Source: Tortispora ganteri
Lineage: Eukaryota
Assembly (NCBI GenBank): GCA_003707115.1
Contig: PPNB01000004.1
Coordinates: 434,001 to 498,000, forward strand
DNA length: 64,000 nt
Direction: 5' to 3'
The position numbers and the translations under genes are program-made. Under the pieces are notes generated by a model. That model did not search any database. It saw nothing but the letters and a program-made list of their open reading frames with translations, and was not told the DNA's origin. Below, piece by piece: positions 24,690 to 34,692 of this stretch. The number at the start of each line of letters is the position of its first letter. Positions within the stretch are counted from its first letter, which is position 1.

Positions 24690-24728
24690 ATGCATAGTCC
24701 ACATATAAATAGTATTATACAATAAGAA

Positions 24729-27170
24729 TTATTCTGCAAGGTCCATCACACGTGCACTAGGTTGCAGAGCTATAGAGAGACCTTTAAAATCATTCAAACT
24801 TCTAAGTTGTAATCCTTTTTCGTTGGCGAGATGTAGAATACTCAAGAAGCACATACTGGTTGAGATATCGTTATATTCCTTCTCCGGATATTTAGATTTC
24901 AGTTCACTGGCAACACTAGCAAGGGGTTTTGAAGGCGGCATTTCATATTCTTTTCCGTTATCTCTGTTCTCGGCATATTCATTAAGCTCTAAAGAATTCC
25001 AAAGATTTACCTTCAGCTTCCTGACATCAACCGTTTTCGGTTTTTTGGAGTACATCATACGAGATGCACGCGTCAGCTTTAGCTTAATGTACTTTTGCCT
25101 TTTCCCATAATCGCAAGTGGTATCTCCATCGTCTTCGCCGGTATAAATTTCATTTGCATCCACAAATACGTCATTGTCGCCTTTCTCCAATCCGAGAAAA
25201 TCTTCATCATTCGTAAATGGCAATGGTGCGTCATTATCAAAGAAGTCGGAACCGTATCCACCATATACTTCATTATCGTCAGAATGAGCATCAACATCCG
25301 GTTGCAGTTCTCCTGTCCACTCAGGTGCGATATTGTCTGATTCGTTAGCATTGGGATGAATGAAAACAGTGCCTGATTGCTTCCTAATTGAAATGCGAGA
25401 CTCAGGTTTGATGAATAAGCGAAGTAGTCGTTCAGAAGAAAACTGACAATCATCGGGTAAAAGAAATCGGTTAGAATTTGACAATTGTTTGCGAGGTAAG
25501 TTGATACTGGCCCTGCCTGGCAGAAACAGCTCCTCTACATCCGGTGATACCTCTGAAAAATCAATGATCAGCTCTGCCTTTTTTGCCCGTGCTTCCTTAG
25601 CTTTGTTTTGCTTAAGTTTGTCCAAAATAAATCTTCCGGGTTTAAAATGTGAAGGGCCAGCCCAGCTTTTAGCCAATGCCTTGTCAAACTGGGCAAACAT
25701 GGTATCACCAACTTTATATAATGTGTCTGTCCTGTTAGATTTATCATCACTATCATGCCCATTATCCACTGGTTCATGTTCAAATTTGGACGTTACAAAC
25801 ACTCGTGCATCCTCAAACGCTTTTAAGGCAGTTTGCACAGTATCAGGGCGGCAAGGAATTTCAGAGGTACCCCAAAATTGGGAAATAGCTTCTTCTTGTT
25901 GATGCTCCATCAATCTCTCATCTACTATACCCATTGGTTCGTAGTCAGCATCAGCCCCAAACTGTATTGGCTCCGCATCGAAATCGGGCGCATCTGTAGC
26001 AGGATCATTATTGATATTGCTCTCCAAACTACTATCAAGTTCGCTGTTCTCAGGATAGTCAGCGTAGTCATCCATGAGCTCTTGCAGGCTTGGTACTGAA
26101 TATTGTGAGGTTCCAGTTAAATTAAACCCTTTGAGAGTGGGGCAAACGTCAAGCGAATCTAATATTTCAAGTGGTCCAATAAACAGTTCTTTCAAAGCAG
26201 TAAGACTAAATCCATATTTAACAGTAGAATTAAGCTGAGTTCCATTAGGAAGCTGTTCATGTGCAGATGTAGGGAGGTCATTCGTATCCTTATACATATC
26301 TGAGTAGTTTAGCTCAGGCTGGTCGTTGTGTCGTTCCTCTTCGACAATTGCATCGAGTTCTCGCGTATCAAATCCATACCTTCCATAATGGTCAATACTT
26401 AAAGTATTGAATAGTAGTCCTGTAGTACCACCTTCAGAAAATTCAGAGCAGGTCTTATGGAATAAAGGATCAGTAGCTCGGTCAATATCGGATGCAGGTC
26501 TTGTAATTGCTCGAATATCGTCGGCTATAACTTTTTTGCTGCCGTTTTTCTTTGTCCGTTTGGGCTTCTCAGTCACTTCTTCACCATTTTTCTCATGCAC
26601 GGTTTCCGAATCAGCGCCTATAATGTTATGCAATAATTTAGAGGAGTCCACAGCAACAGCACCCACTCTAGATGAAAATACCTTCATACTTCCACTTAAA
26701 GTGGCAGCAGCGGTTTTGAAATTAAGCTTACCGTTTTCCATAAGCAAAGACATGTCATCAAAGTAATCTATCAGATCAATCTCCCACGTGTTAATATGTG
26801 TGATCTTCCCTTCATTGGCCAGTTTTAACCACTGATTAAACTGATCTAGTTCCACTGTAACTATAGGGCTTGCGGGGCTTGAAAGACCACTACCAGAAAG
26901 TCTTTGTCTTAAGGCTTGTTTAGGAGTCATGTATCTCGGAGTGCTAAACGAGGAGCTGCTGGTTCTCCGTTCAGACATACGCTGCTGTTTTTCCGTTGAA
27001 TCATCATTTACAGTTAATGACGTATTCGACACTCTAAAAGGTGTCTTCAATGGAGTGGTATTTAAGCCCTCTGTGGGTATATTCGAGCCTTGTAGGCTGC
27101 GACGTCGTCGTTTGTTTATCGGTGTGTTAACAACTGATTCGCTGCGGTTCATTGATGAAACCCGGGGCAT
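24729..27170 (-). CDS. BRN1: Condensin kleisin subunit Brn1/Cnd2
   Basis: WLKLANEGKITHINTWEIDLIDYF, NFKTAAATLSGSMKVFSSRV, DPLFHKTCSEFSEGG, WAGPSHF, VDVRKLK and ISTSMCFLSILHLANEKGL. Confidence 0.93.
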   Translation of the reverse strand: MPRVSSMNRSESVVNTPINKRRRRSLQGSNIPTEGLNTTPLKTPFRVSNTSLTVNDDSTEKQQRMSERRTSSSSFSTPRYMTPKQALRQRLSGSGLSSPASPIVTVELDQFNQWLKLANEGKITHINTWEIDLIDYFDDMSLLMENGKLNFKTAAATLSGSMKVFSSRVGAVAVDSSKLLHNIIGADSETVHEKNGEEVTEKPKRTKKNGSKKVIADDIRAITRPASDIDRATDPLFHKTCSEFSEGGTTGLLFNTLSIDHYGRYGFDTRELDAIVEEERHNDQPELNYSDMYKDTNDLPTSAHEQLPNGTQLNSTVKYGFSLTALKELFIGPLEILDSLDVCPTLKGFNLTGTSQYSVPSLQELMDDYADYPENSELDSSLESNINNDPATDAPDFDAEPIQFGADADYEPMGIVDERLMEHQQEEAISQFWGTSEIPCRPDTVQTALKAFEDARVFVTSKFEHEPVDNGHDSDDKSNRTDTLYKVGDTMFAQFDKALAKSWAGPSHFKPGRFILDKLKQNKAKEARAKKAELIIDFSEVSPDVEELFLPGRASINLPRKQLSNSNRFLLPDDCQFSSERLLRLFIKPESRISIRKQSGTVFIHPNANESDNIAPEWTGELQPDVDAHSDDNEVYGGYGSDFFDNDAPLPFTNDEDFLGLEKGDNDVFVDANEIYTGEDDGDTTCDYGKRQKYIKLKLTRASRMMYSKKPKTVDVRKLKVNLWNSLELNEYAENRDNGKEYEMPPSKPLASVASELKSKYPEKEYNDISTSMCFLSILHLANEKGLQLRSLNDFKGLSIALQPSARVMDLAE

Positions 27171-27330
27171 TATTAACAAATAGACTGTAAGTAAAACAAG
27201 TCCTAACTTAGAAGACAATCACTTTATATGTTTATAAGTAAAATTATTTCCAGAAAGCTGAAAACGCTATCTATAAGAAAGAAACGAATGTATGTTGAGC
27301 TGAGCGAAGTGGGAAGCGAGAAAGAGCAGT

Positions 27331-27354
27331 TGTTTACGTTAGTTATCACGTGAC
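27331..27354. promoter_or_regulatory. Forkhead site (TGTTTAC) and Cbf1-type E-box (TCACGTGAC) in the BRN1/exchanger divergent promoter
   Basis: Exact consensus matches at 27331-27337 and 27346-27354; function is inferred. Confidence 0.4.
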
Positions 27355-27681
27355 TAAATATCACACTCTACAATATTGGTTGTCTGGACGACACAATTAG
27401 TTAAGTTTATGTTTGCCATTTTAAATTTCATCGTCCAGACCTATTTGCGACTCTCCGGTTTTTCGATCTTGCGTGCATCATTTATGGACTTGAGTCAATC
27501 CTCGGGCATTAACAACACCTTCAACTTGTTAAGTGTTTGTTTTCACTGAAATTCGAATAAATTTGAGGCATCAGATTGCATTTTTTAAGCCACTTTGACC
27601 TTTTCAGCAATTTGTTGTAGCTCTTTTCTGGTAATCTTACTCAGCGTCTCCTAAGCCCTCTCTCCACGATTATTATCGACG

Positions 27682-30222
27682 ATGAAGCGGCTATTATTGC
27701 TTGCTCTGGGAGTAATTTGCTATGCACAGGGAAGCCTTGAACTTGATAACACATATGAATGTCGAGATGTAACACACATTCCTTCATCTGAGCAATGTGC
27801 CTTTGTAAGGCAGTACTGTGTTGGTGAGGTAGTAAGCGTCCTCGATTATACGCAATTTTTTTACTGTTCAATGACACATGCTAAACCTATCGGTATGTTT
27901 CTGCTAATATTGTGGTTGTGTGTGTTATTTCTTACATTGGGTCTCTCTGCATCTGATTATTTATGCCCAAATCTCAGTACTCTATCTAACCTAATAGGTC
28001 TGTCGCAAGGTGTTGCCGGTGTCACTTTACTTGCCTTAGGTAATGGTTCACCTGATCTACTAAGTACCTACGCTGCTTTCAATGCCGATTCAGTCTCACT
28101 CGCATTAGGTGAACTAATTGGTTCGGCATTGTTCATATCTGCGGTGGTAGCTGGATCGATGGCAATTATTCGTCCCTTTGAAGTTGGTCCGAAATCATTT
28201 ACACGCGACAGTGCGTTTTTAGTACTATCTATGAGCGTCATATTACCATTCATTACAAACGGAAAATTAAGCTTTAAAGAATGCATCACTTTAGTGCTAT
28301 TATATTTTGCATATGTTGCATACGTTGGTTTTCACTTTTATTATTACTCCAAATCGTATCAAGGACAATTGATTGAAGTTAACGCGCGAAACCAGTTTTC
28401 GGCACCTGGTGCCGAAGAACCACTTCCTGAAGATGCAGAAATAACCAACAACCACAGAAATAACAACACTGATCAGCCGGGTATAGAGGCCCTTCAGTAT
28501 ACTTATTTGACGCAACAGGATGAAGTTGAACCTTTGAGTCCGCAACCTCCAATTTCACGAAATTACCAGGGCCTTAGCTCTTTATCTTGGAATCAGCCGA
28601 AACGACAAAGTCGCTCTAGTCATATATCGGCAGATGACAATCATTCTGCCCATTCAATGCATACCCTACCTCGCTCATTAATACAAGCATCTGAATTCAA
28701 CTCTATAATAAATTCCCTGAAGGTTGCCAGTTATATAGGGGTCTCCTCTCAACCACGTATAGAAGTCACAAATGTTATTGACTCGGATCCTCGTTCTGAT
28801 GGGCCCAGTAGCGCCTTGCCTTTGTCTAATACTGCAAACAATGGTGAAGAGGGCTTTGGAGGATATCTCCCTGGAAGGCCAAGATCACTCAGTGCATATC
28901 CTGGAACATTGGATTTACCTGCTTCTGGTTCACCTAATGAAAATGACGATTATGAGAGATTTTTGAAGCCAAGGACTAGGACATTAGAAGGCCAGCAACA
29001 ATTACAACACCATCACTACAACGGCAATAAAGGTCTCCGGGTATCGCAATTCATGCATTCAGATTCAGTATCTGAAGGTAGAGGTAGCATTTCACCTATT
29101 TTTCGCCCGTCACTTAATGAAGGAAATGCTCCTTTTCCTGAATCTGTTGAGCTAAACGACCGTTCACTTCACGTTGATATTCCTAACCGAAGCCTGAGTG
29201 TTAGTCCTCTTCCTCGGTTATCGCGAGCTAACAGTGCAACTTCGAATAGACTCCCATCTATTGTCTCAATATCCAGTAATGCCTGGATAAGCAATTATAC
29301 TGTTCAAGAAATTATGAGTGAGCTTTTGGAGCCCCTAATAGGTTTTCGTGAAAAATCTCTCTTTAACCAATTGATCAGCATTTTAGTGTTACCTAGTGTT
29401 GTTTGCATGAAGATAACTGTACCAGTTATTTCAGATGAAGATGAAGAAGATAATGATAATCACAAAGCTAAGTCTGTTGTTAATGTATCTCCAGGGGGCT
29501 CTGCAGTTGATCTAAGCGATGCTGTTCCGCTTGATGTCGACTCGAGAATGGAACTAACGGTCTGCTGGGAAAGATGGCTATATGCTACTAACTGTTTTGC
29601 TGCACCTATATTCTTTGGGCTAGTAAATGGAGGAAATCGACCAATTTTAACGTTATTGTATTCTCTTGTGATTTCATTCATTCTGTTGTTTGCATTTCTT
29701 CGCTTGACTAGTCCGAAAAGGCCGCCGAAATACTTGAAGCTGCTATGCATGTTCGGTTTTGCCGCGAGCCTTTGCTGGGTCGAACTGATTGCCACAGAAG
29801 TGGTTGGTGTCCTTAAAAGCTTTGGGGTTATTTTGGGTATCAGTGATGATATCTTAGGTCTTACTGTCTTTGCCATTGGTAACAGTTTAGGAGATTTGGT
29901 CGCAGACATTACGATTGCCAGAATGGGTTATCCAATTATGGCACTGGGCGCCTGCTTTGGAGGTCCTCTTCTAAACTTGCTGCTTGGCATTGGAATATCT
30001 GGCTCTATTGCTGTAGCAAAAAAGTCTAACGCAGTTTTGGCGTACGACTGTCCTCCGACAATTTTAGTATCGGGCCTCGCCCTAATCATTAACGTTGTGT
30101 TCCTCCTGTCAGCAATCTGGTACAATAACTGGCGCTTCTCTCGCTTGATAGGTATAGTTGCAGTACTTATCTGGCTGATTACAACTATAATTAACGTGCT
30201 TATCGAAGTACTTAGGGACTAA
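27682..30222 (+). CDS. Cation/Ca2+ exchanger (CCX/NCLX-like, Ecm27/YDL206W family)
   Basis: Alpha-1 repeat AGVTLLALGNGSPDLLS and alpha-2 repeat LGLTVFAIGNSLGDLVAD...ACFGGPLLNLLLGIG; signal peptide and large cytosolic loop. Confidence 0.92.
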   Translation: MKRLLLLALGVICYAQGSLELDNTYECRDVTHIPSSEQCAFVRQYCVGEVVSVLDYTQFFYCSMTHAKPIGMFLLILWLCVLFLTLGLSASDYLCPNLSTLSNLIGLSQGVAGVTLLALGNGSPDLLSTYAAFNADSVSLALGELIGSALFISAVVAGSMAIIRPFEVGPKSFTRDSAFLVLSMSVILPFITNGKLSFKECITLVLLYFAYVAYVGFHFYYYSKSYQGQLIEVNARNQFSAPGAEEPLPEDAEITNNHRNNNTDQPGIEALQYTYLTQQDEVEPLSPQPPISRNYQGLSSLSWNQPKRQSRSSHISADDNHSAHSMHTLPRSLIQASEFNSIINSLKVASYIGVSSQPRIEVTNVIDSDPRSDGPSSALPLSNTANNGEEGFGGYLPGRPRSLSAYPGTLDLPASGSPNENDDYERFLKPRTRTLEGQQQLQHHHYNGNKGLRVSQFMHSDSVSEGRGSISPIFRPSLNEGNAPFPESVELNDRSLHVDIPNRSLSVSPLPRLSRANSATSNRLPSIVSISSNAWISNYTVQEIMSELLEPLIGFREKSLFNQLISILVLPSVVCMKITVPVISDEDEEDNDNHKAKSVVNVSPGGSAVDLSDAVPLDVDSRMELTVCWERWLYATNCFAAPIFFGLVNGGNRPILTLLYSLVISFILLFAFLRLTSPKRPPKYLKLLCMFGFAASLCWVELIATEVVGVLKSFGVILGISDDILGLTVFAIGNSLGDLVADITIARMGYPIMALGACFGGPLLNLLLGIGISGSIAVAKKSNAVLAYDCPPTILVSGLALIINVVFLLSAIWYNNWRFSRLIGIVAVLIWLITTIINVLIEVLRD

Positions 30223-30384
30223 ACATCTAAATGACTGAATATTCTGACACAATATAGCGTGTGCTGTAAATATAGGGTTAGGGTAATTTTATAGGTACTG
30301 TGCGCGGCTTTGATGAATACCTATCTTGTTATTGTTATCTTCATAAACCAATAAATTCTCGCTACGCAAAACGCTCTTGAACGA

Positions 30385-31053
30385 ATGACGGAACGAAAGA
30401 AAATGAGCGACAAAGAATCGGCTCTTCGCAATAGAATCATGGAGCATATGAATTTGCAGCATGAAACCTCGCTGCTTGACTATGTGCAACATTACTGCAA
30501 GATTCCTCGTCCTCGTAGAGCTGTTATGACCGATATATCAACTGAAGAAGTTGAAGTGCTGTACACATTGCGTTCTGGACAGCAAAAGAAAGTATCTTTG
30601 AAGTTTCAAAAGCCGATTAAGAGCTTATCATTGGCCAGAGATCAACTAGTGCGAATGGCCAAAGTCGCTGCAGAAGGCCTCGGATATTCTCCTTACACTG
30701 TAACAAAGTTCAGGTTTATGAACTTTCCTGGTTTTATCACATTTACTGGTGTAACTACAGTATTTGCTTCATTGGCTGTTCCTTCTAAATATTTTGATTC
30801 AGATTCTTTTATCTTTGAGTACATCCCGAAGGACTATTTGGAGTATACTCTTAAGTTTGAGCAATTTCGATTTCTAATTGCGATGACTGTTGCAGCAATA
30901 CATTGTGTCGAAGCATGTATAATGATTCGCCGAACAAAATTTTATCGTGTTCCCTTTGGTCCACGTCTGATGTGGGTGATTGCTACTCTGTTTGAAGGCT
31001 TTCCGGCTTTAATGCGTTTTTCTTCCGAAGTGCAAAAAGCTATTGGTGGCTGA
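30385..31053 (+). CDS. DUF2470-domain membrane protein
   Basis: RIMEHMNLQHETSLLDYVQHY...ARDQLVRM domain followed by TM segments (AIHCVEA, W...TLFEGFP). Confidence 0.75.
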   Translation: MTERKKMSDKESALRNRIMEHMNLQHETSLLDYVQHYCKIPRPRRAVMTDISTEEVEVLYTLRSGQQKKVSLKFQKPIKSLSLARDQLVRMAKVAAEGLGYSPYTVTKFRFMNFPGFITFTGVTTVFASLAVPSKYFDSDSFIFEYIPKDYLEYTLKFEQFRFLIAMTVAAIHCVEACIMIRRTKFYRVPFGPRLMWVIATLFEGFPALMRFSSEVQKAIGG

Positions 31054-31216
31054 TCCAATTAAATGTCTACTATTTCACTCAGTGGTCTGTTTTATTGATA
31101 AATGTAAATGTTCTCTCTCCCTCTCTCTTCCTCTCTTTATTACCCTCATAGTTTCATAGTGCTCTACAATACTGCACGTGCAAGACCGCGCTGTATGGTT
31201 GAATATTGTAAAAAGC

Positions 31217-32326
31217 CTAAAGATTAGGCTCAAGAGGTCTAGTAGTAATAAGGATTTTTATTTGCTCAGGACTTGCCCTTGCTAGTTTCTTAAATCCAAG
31301 AGCGTCGACATCTTTACCATGAATCTCTGATGTTATCAAAGGACTAGGATCAATTACGCCAGTGCTCACTGCGTTTATGACTTCCTCGAATTCCTCATCA
31401 GTGTAACATATTCCTCCCTTTATGCTTTTTTCAAAATACTGTACTCTAGCAAAATTAACTGTAGTGGGTTTCTTGATAAGAGCGAGGATCATGAATGTTC
31501 CACCAGGACGTATACCAGTAAGTCCGTCATCCAAAGTAGACGGGACTCCTGAACAATCAAATGAGGCGTCTGCACCTATACCATTATTCCACAATTTTAC
31601 TTGTTTGGAAACTTTGGTCTTTATTGGGTCAATAGTGAGAGCTCCAAGGGTTTCTGCCAGTTTTCGACGCTGCTCAGAGGGTTCAGAGACGATAATCTTT
31701 GAAACTCCACGAATTTTCAGGCCATAAAGAACGCAAAGTCCTATAGGCCCTGCACCCAGCACCAAAGCCGTCTGTCCTGGTCCTATTGCAGTGTTTCTTA
31801 CTCCATGATAAGAAACAGCAAGAGGTTCCATTAAAGCACCTAAACGAAGATCGAGATGATCTGGCAACTTGTAAGCCATAATTTGCGGAATGACAACTCT
31901 TTGAGACATTCCACCACCAAATCCAGAAAGTCCTAAAAATCCTAGTTGCACACATTTATTTGGCTCATTAATCTCGCAGAAATAGCAATTTCCACATCGG
32001 ATAATAGCGCTAGAACATACTTTATCACCTGGCTTGACTTTTGTCACAGCGGATCCTACTTCAATAACGTAACCAGCAAATTCATGGCCTAGCACTACAG
32101 GACATTTCTCTTTTGTGATAGGATGACATGTTGTGGTTGGCACAGCAGAAGGTCCATGAACGTATTCACCAAGATCTGAACCACATATTCCGCACCACCA
32201 AGGCTCTATCAGAATATGGTCTGGATGTTGAATAGTTGGTGTGGGCACTGTCTCATAACGTACATCATGCTTCCCGTGATACCTCACAGCTTGCATCTGC
32301 GATCCAACTTTCATAAATTTAGGCAT
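31217..32326 (-). CDS. 2,3-butanediol dehydrogenase-like Zn-MDR enzyme
   Basis: WCGICGSDLGEY, LGHEFAG, CGNCYFC-x7-C, GFLGLSGFGGG, ALMEPLAVSYH and GAGPIG; ends in -PNL. Confidence 0.88.
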   Translation of the reverse strand: MPKFMKVGSQMQAVRYHGKHDVRYETVPTPTIQHPDHILIEPWWCGICGSDLGEYVHGPSAVPTTTCHPITKEKCPVVLGHEFAGYVIEVGSAVTKVKPGDKVCSSAIIRCGNCYFCEINEPNKCVQLGFLGLSGFGGGMSQRVVIPQIMAYKLPDHLDLRLGALMEPLAVSYHGVRNTAIGPGQTALVLGAGPIGLCVLYGLKIRGVSKIIVSEPSEQRRKLAETLGALTIDPIKTKVSKQVKLWNNGIGADASFDCSGVPSTLDDGLTGIRPGGTFMILALIKKPTTVNFARVQYFEKSIKGGICYTDEEFEEVINAVSTGVIDPSPLITSEIHGKDVDALGFKKLARASPEQIKILITTRPLEPNL

Positions 32327-32540
32327 TTGCAGTTTTATCGAAAGAATGTTTAGATGGGCCGAGTCAAGCTCGGTACCTATGTACGTACCGTAGACAAATG
32401 TGGGGAAAATCGCGGCTCATTATTACCTAATTAGGCAATTTGTCGGGATGCCCCGACAAGGAGAGCATTTTATTGAGGTGCTACCACATATTGCATACAG
32501 AAAGGAAATTCTAATTGTGTATTATCAGATTATATGTATA

Positions 32541-33356
32541 TCAACGGTATGCACTGTTATAAGGCGGAGGAGACTGTTGGTTGGCGGCTTGGTGAGCAGT
32601 CTTGGAACGAATATCAACTTCGGCAACGGTATTGCTAAACAATACACAAAACGATATTATCACTAAAACAAATGCCATCGAAAATGGCTTGTTTCCAATT
32701 CTCCACGTAAGAAAGTATCGCTGTGCTGTTACTGACAAAATAGCTGATATCGCTTTGTACGCACAGTGAATCCAGATTATTAGTAAACAGTTGGCGATTA
32801 AACACATAGCACAGGCAGCTATATGGACATACCTCGCCGTTTCTGTTTTCAGTACGACCGGACTAAATCTAAGCACCTGTGTAACAAGTGCGGCAATTTG
32901 CAATATAACTATCAGTATAATGAGACGTTCAGGAAACACATCTCTCGATATATTGCATCCCAAGGTTAGAATATCCAGAGTGATCGCAGATGTTTGTGAA
33001 CCCGACAACGCTGTTTGGTTCAAAATATCATTGCGTCTCATTGTATAGGCTGATTTGATTGTGTTAATATTGTTCTTGCTGTCACACATGTAAAATGTGG
33101 GTGAATGCACACAGGTACCGCCAAATCCGCTCCTAACAGATATCCATGGTTCCTGATTCAAACTTGCCTGCTCATACTTTAGTGGGGCATTGGGCAAGTT
33201 ATTAGAATTCCATTGGACCTCGGTGAGGTATATAGAGGAGAGCATAGGATGCGGTTTAGTGCAGCCCGCGATCAAAAAACAACTTAGCGACACGCTAATG
33301 GATAAAAGAAGCAGACTAATAAAACTATGGCAATAATGATACTTGATAGAAAACAT
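32541..33356 (-). CDS. FIG1: Fig1-family (claudin/Sur7-like) 4-TM mating/Ca2+-influx protein
   Basis: FLIAGC...IYL...VRSGFGGTC pattern, similar to the Fig1 LLAGC...V.VGYFGIC motif; four hydrophobic segments. Confidence 0.65.
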   Translation of the reverse strand: MFSIKYHYCHSFISLLLLSISVSLSCFLIAGCTKPHPMLSSIYLTEVQWNSNNLPNAPLKYEQASLNQEPWISVRSGFGGTCVHSPTFYMCDSKNNINTIKSAYTMRRNDILNQTALSGSQTSAITLDILTLGCNISRDVFPERLIILIVILQIAALVTQVLRFSPVVLKTETARYVHIAACAMCLIANCLLIIWIHCAYKAISAILSVTAQRYFLTWRIGNKPFSMAFVLVIISFCVLFSNTVAEVDIRSKTAHQAANQQSPPPYNSAYR

Positions 33357-33523
33357 TATTATAGAGTTTTTAACACAGCAAAAAAAAGAAAAAAAGAAAT
33401 AAGAACAAAAAAAGCGGATTTGAATCTGTGCTGGTCTTTATAGAGAATGGATATATGCATAACAAATACTCTCATATATGCGCTAAGTTCAGGCTCAATT
33501 CATTGCTACAGATCATATATGGA

Positions 33524-34111
33524 TCAAGGATAGTAAGCTATCCTCTTTCGCTTTCTCAGACTTTGTAGTCTAGGAAGTTTTTCGTCATGAAGCAAGGGGC
33601 TATTACTGCGAATAACGACAACGTCGGCGGAAGAATCTGATTTTACATCAATGAGTTCCTGTGGTTTTATGTCAGTTGAAGAAGGCGATTTGATATCGAT
33701 AAAAGCTGGCGAAGTAATATGAGTCAAAGGTGTTGATTTTTGCGCTGATCCAGATGAACTTATTAGAGCAGGAATAGGCGATAGAGACTCAAATTCAATA
33801 TGGTCATGGAAGGTATCGTTGTTATTTGCCTGTGCTTCATTAATTATGAAAAAATCATAAGGTGGTGACGAAGGAGCTTCAAGTTGATCATTTATATTCT
33901 GTGGTTGATCATCAATAACTGATATTTGGTATTGTTCTAACACTCGAAGATCATGTTTTGTCAACCAGTAATTAACGGAGCGAGTATTAGCAATATTGGG
34001 GGTTTTTATCTGTGAACGAAGCATTCGATTAACGCGCCCAATATCGACTGTTAATACTTCAAGATCGCAGTCAGAAGACCTTTCAGTGGAGAACAAATCG
34101 TCAGCGTTCAT
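33524..34111 (-). CDS. Hypothetical protein (195 aa, Ser/Pro-rich, basic C-terminal NLS-like RKRKR)
   Basis: ATG-initiated ORF filling an otherwise empty gap; no family recognised. Confidence 0.55.
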   Translation of the reverse strand: MNADDLFSTERSSDCDLEVLTVDIGRVNRMLRSQIKTPNIANTRSVNYWLTKHDLRVLEQYQISVIDDQPQNINDQLEAPSSPPYDFFIINEAQANNNDTFHDHIEFESLSPIPALISSSGSAQKSTPLTHITSPAFIDIKSPSSTDIKPQELIDVKSDSSADVVVIRSNSPLLHDEKLPRLQSLRKRKRIAYYP

Positions 34112-34260
34112 ATCAATCCAAAATTTAATCTTTTCAAGTCAAGTTAAGTTACGTCCCACGTCAGAACGGGTGAACGATCGATCAACCTTATATTGGGAAA
34201 AGTCGACAATTTTGCCCCACCGACAACGAACACGAACCGGTCTTTCCACAAACGCGATCA

Positions 34261-34680
34261 ATGACCTCAGATTTGTCTCATAATGACTCAAAGATTGTGG
34301 AATATTTAGATATAATTGATCAGTACCAAAAGGCAAGAGAACAGCTAAATAGTCACTTGGTGGCGGGGTTCATAGACCTGGCGCATGCTAATTATATAGC
34401 CAAAACGCGCTACGGCGAAGACCATTATGACTATCGTATGAAAAGCTGCCAAAATGTGATAATAGATGAAAACAAGGGAATTAAAATAGAAACTGTGTCT
34501 GAAGATGACCCTATTAAGTCATTCTGTCCGTTACCGTCGGCTTCATTAAGGAAATCAAAGCAGGAATTTAGTGACGCCTTGCGAGATATAGTTAGCATTG
34601 TTGACGTTATGATTAAACTGAGAACTAAAGAGGCTGAAATAAAAAACGCTAAAGGAGACGCTCACAGAATTTGTAAATGA
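34261..34680 (+). CDS. VMA22: V-ATPase assembly factor Vma22/CCDC115
   Basis: YLDIIDQYQ...LVAGFIDLAHANY...RYGEDHYDYRM...DPIKSFCPLPSASLRKSKQEF. Confidence 0.8.
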   Translation: MTSDLSHNDSKIVEYLDIIDQYQKAREQLNSHLVAGFIDLAHANYIAKTRYGEDHYDYRMKSCQNVIIDENKGIKIETVSEDDPIKSFCPLPSASLRKSKQEFSDALRDIVSIVDVMIKLRTKEAEIKNAKGDAHRICK

Positions 34681-34692
34681 AAGAGCGGCTAT

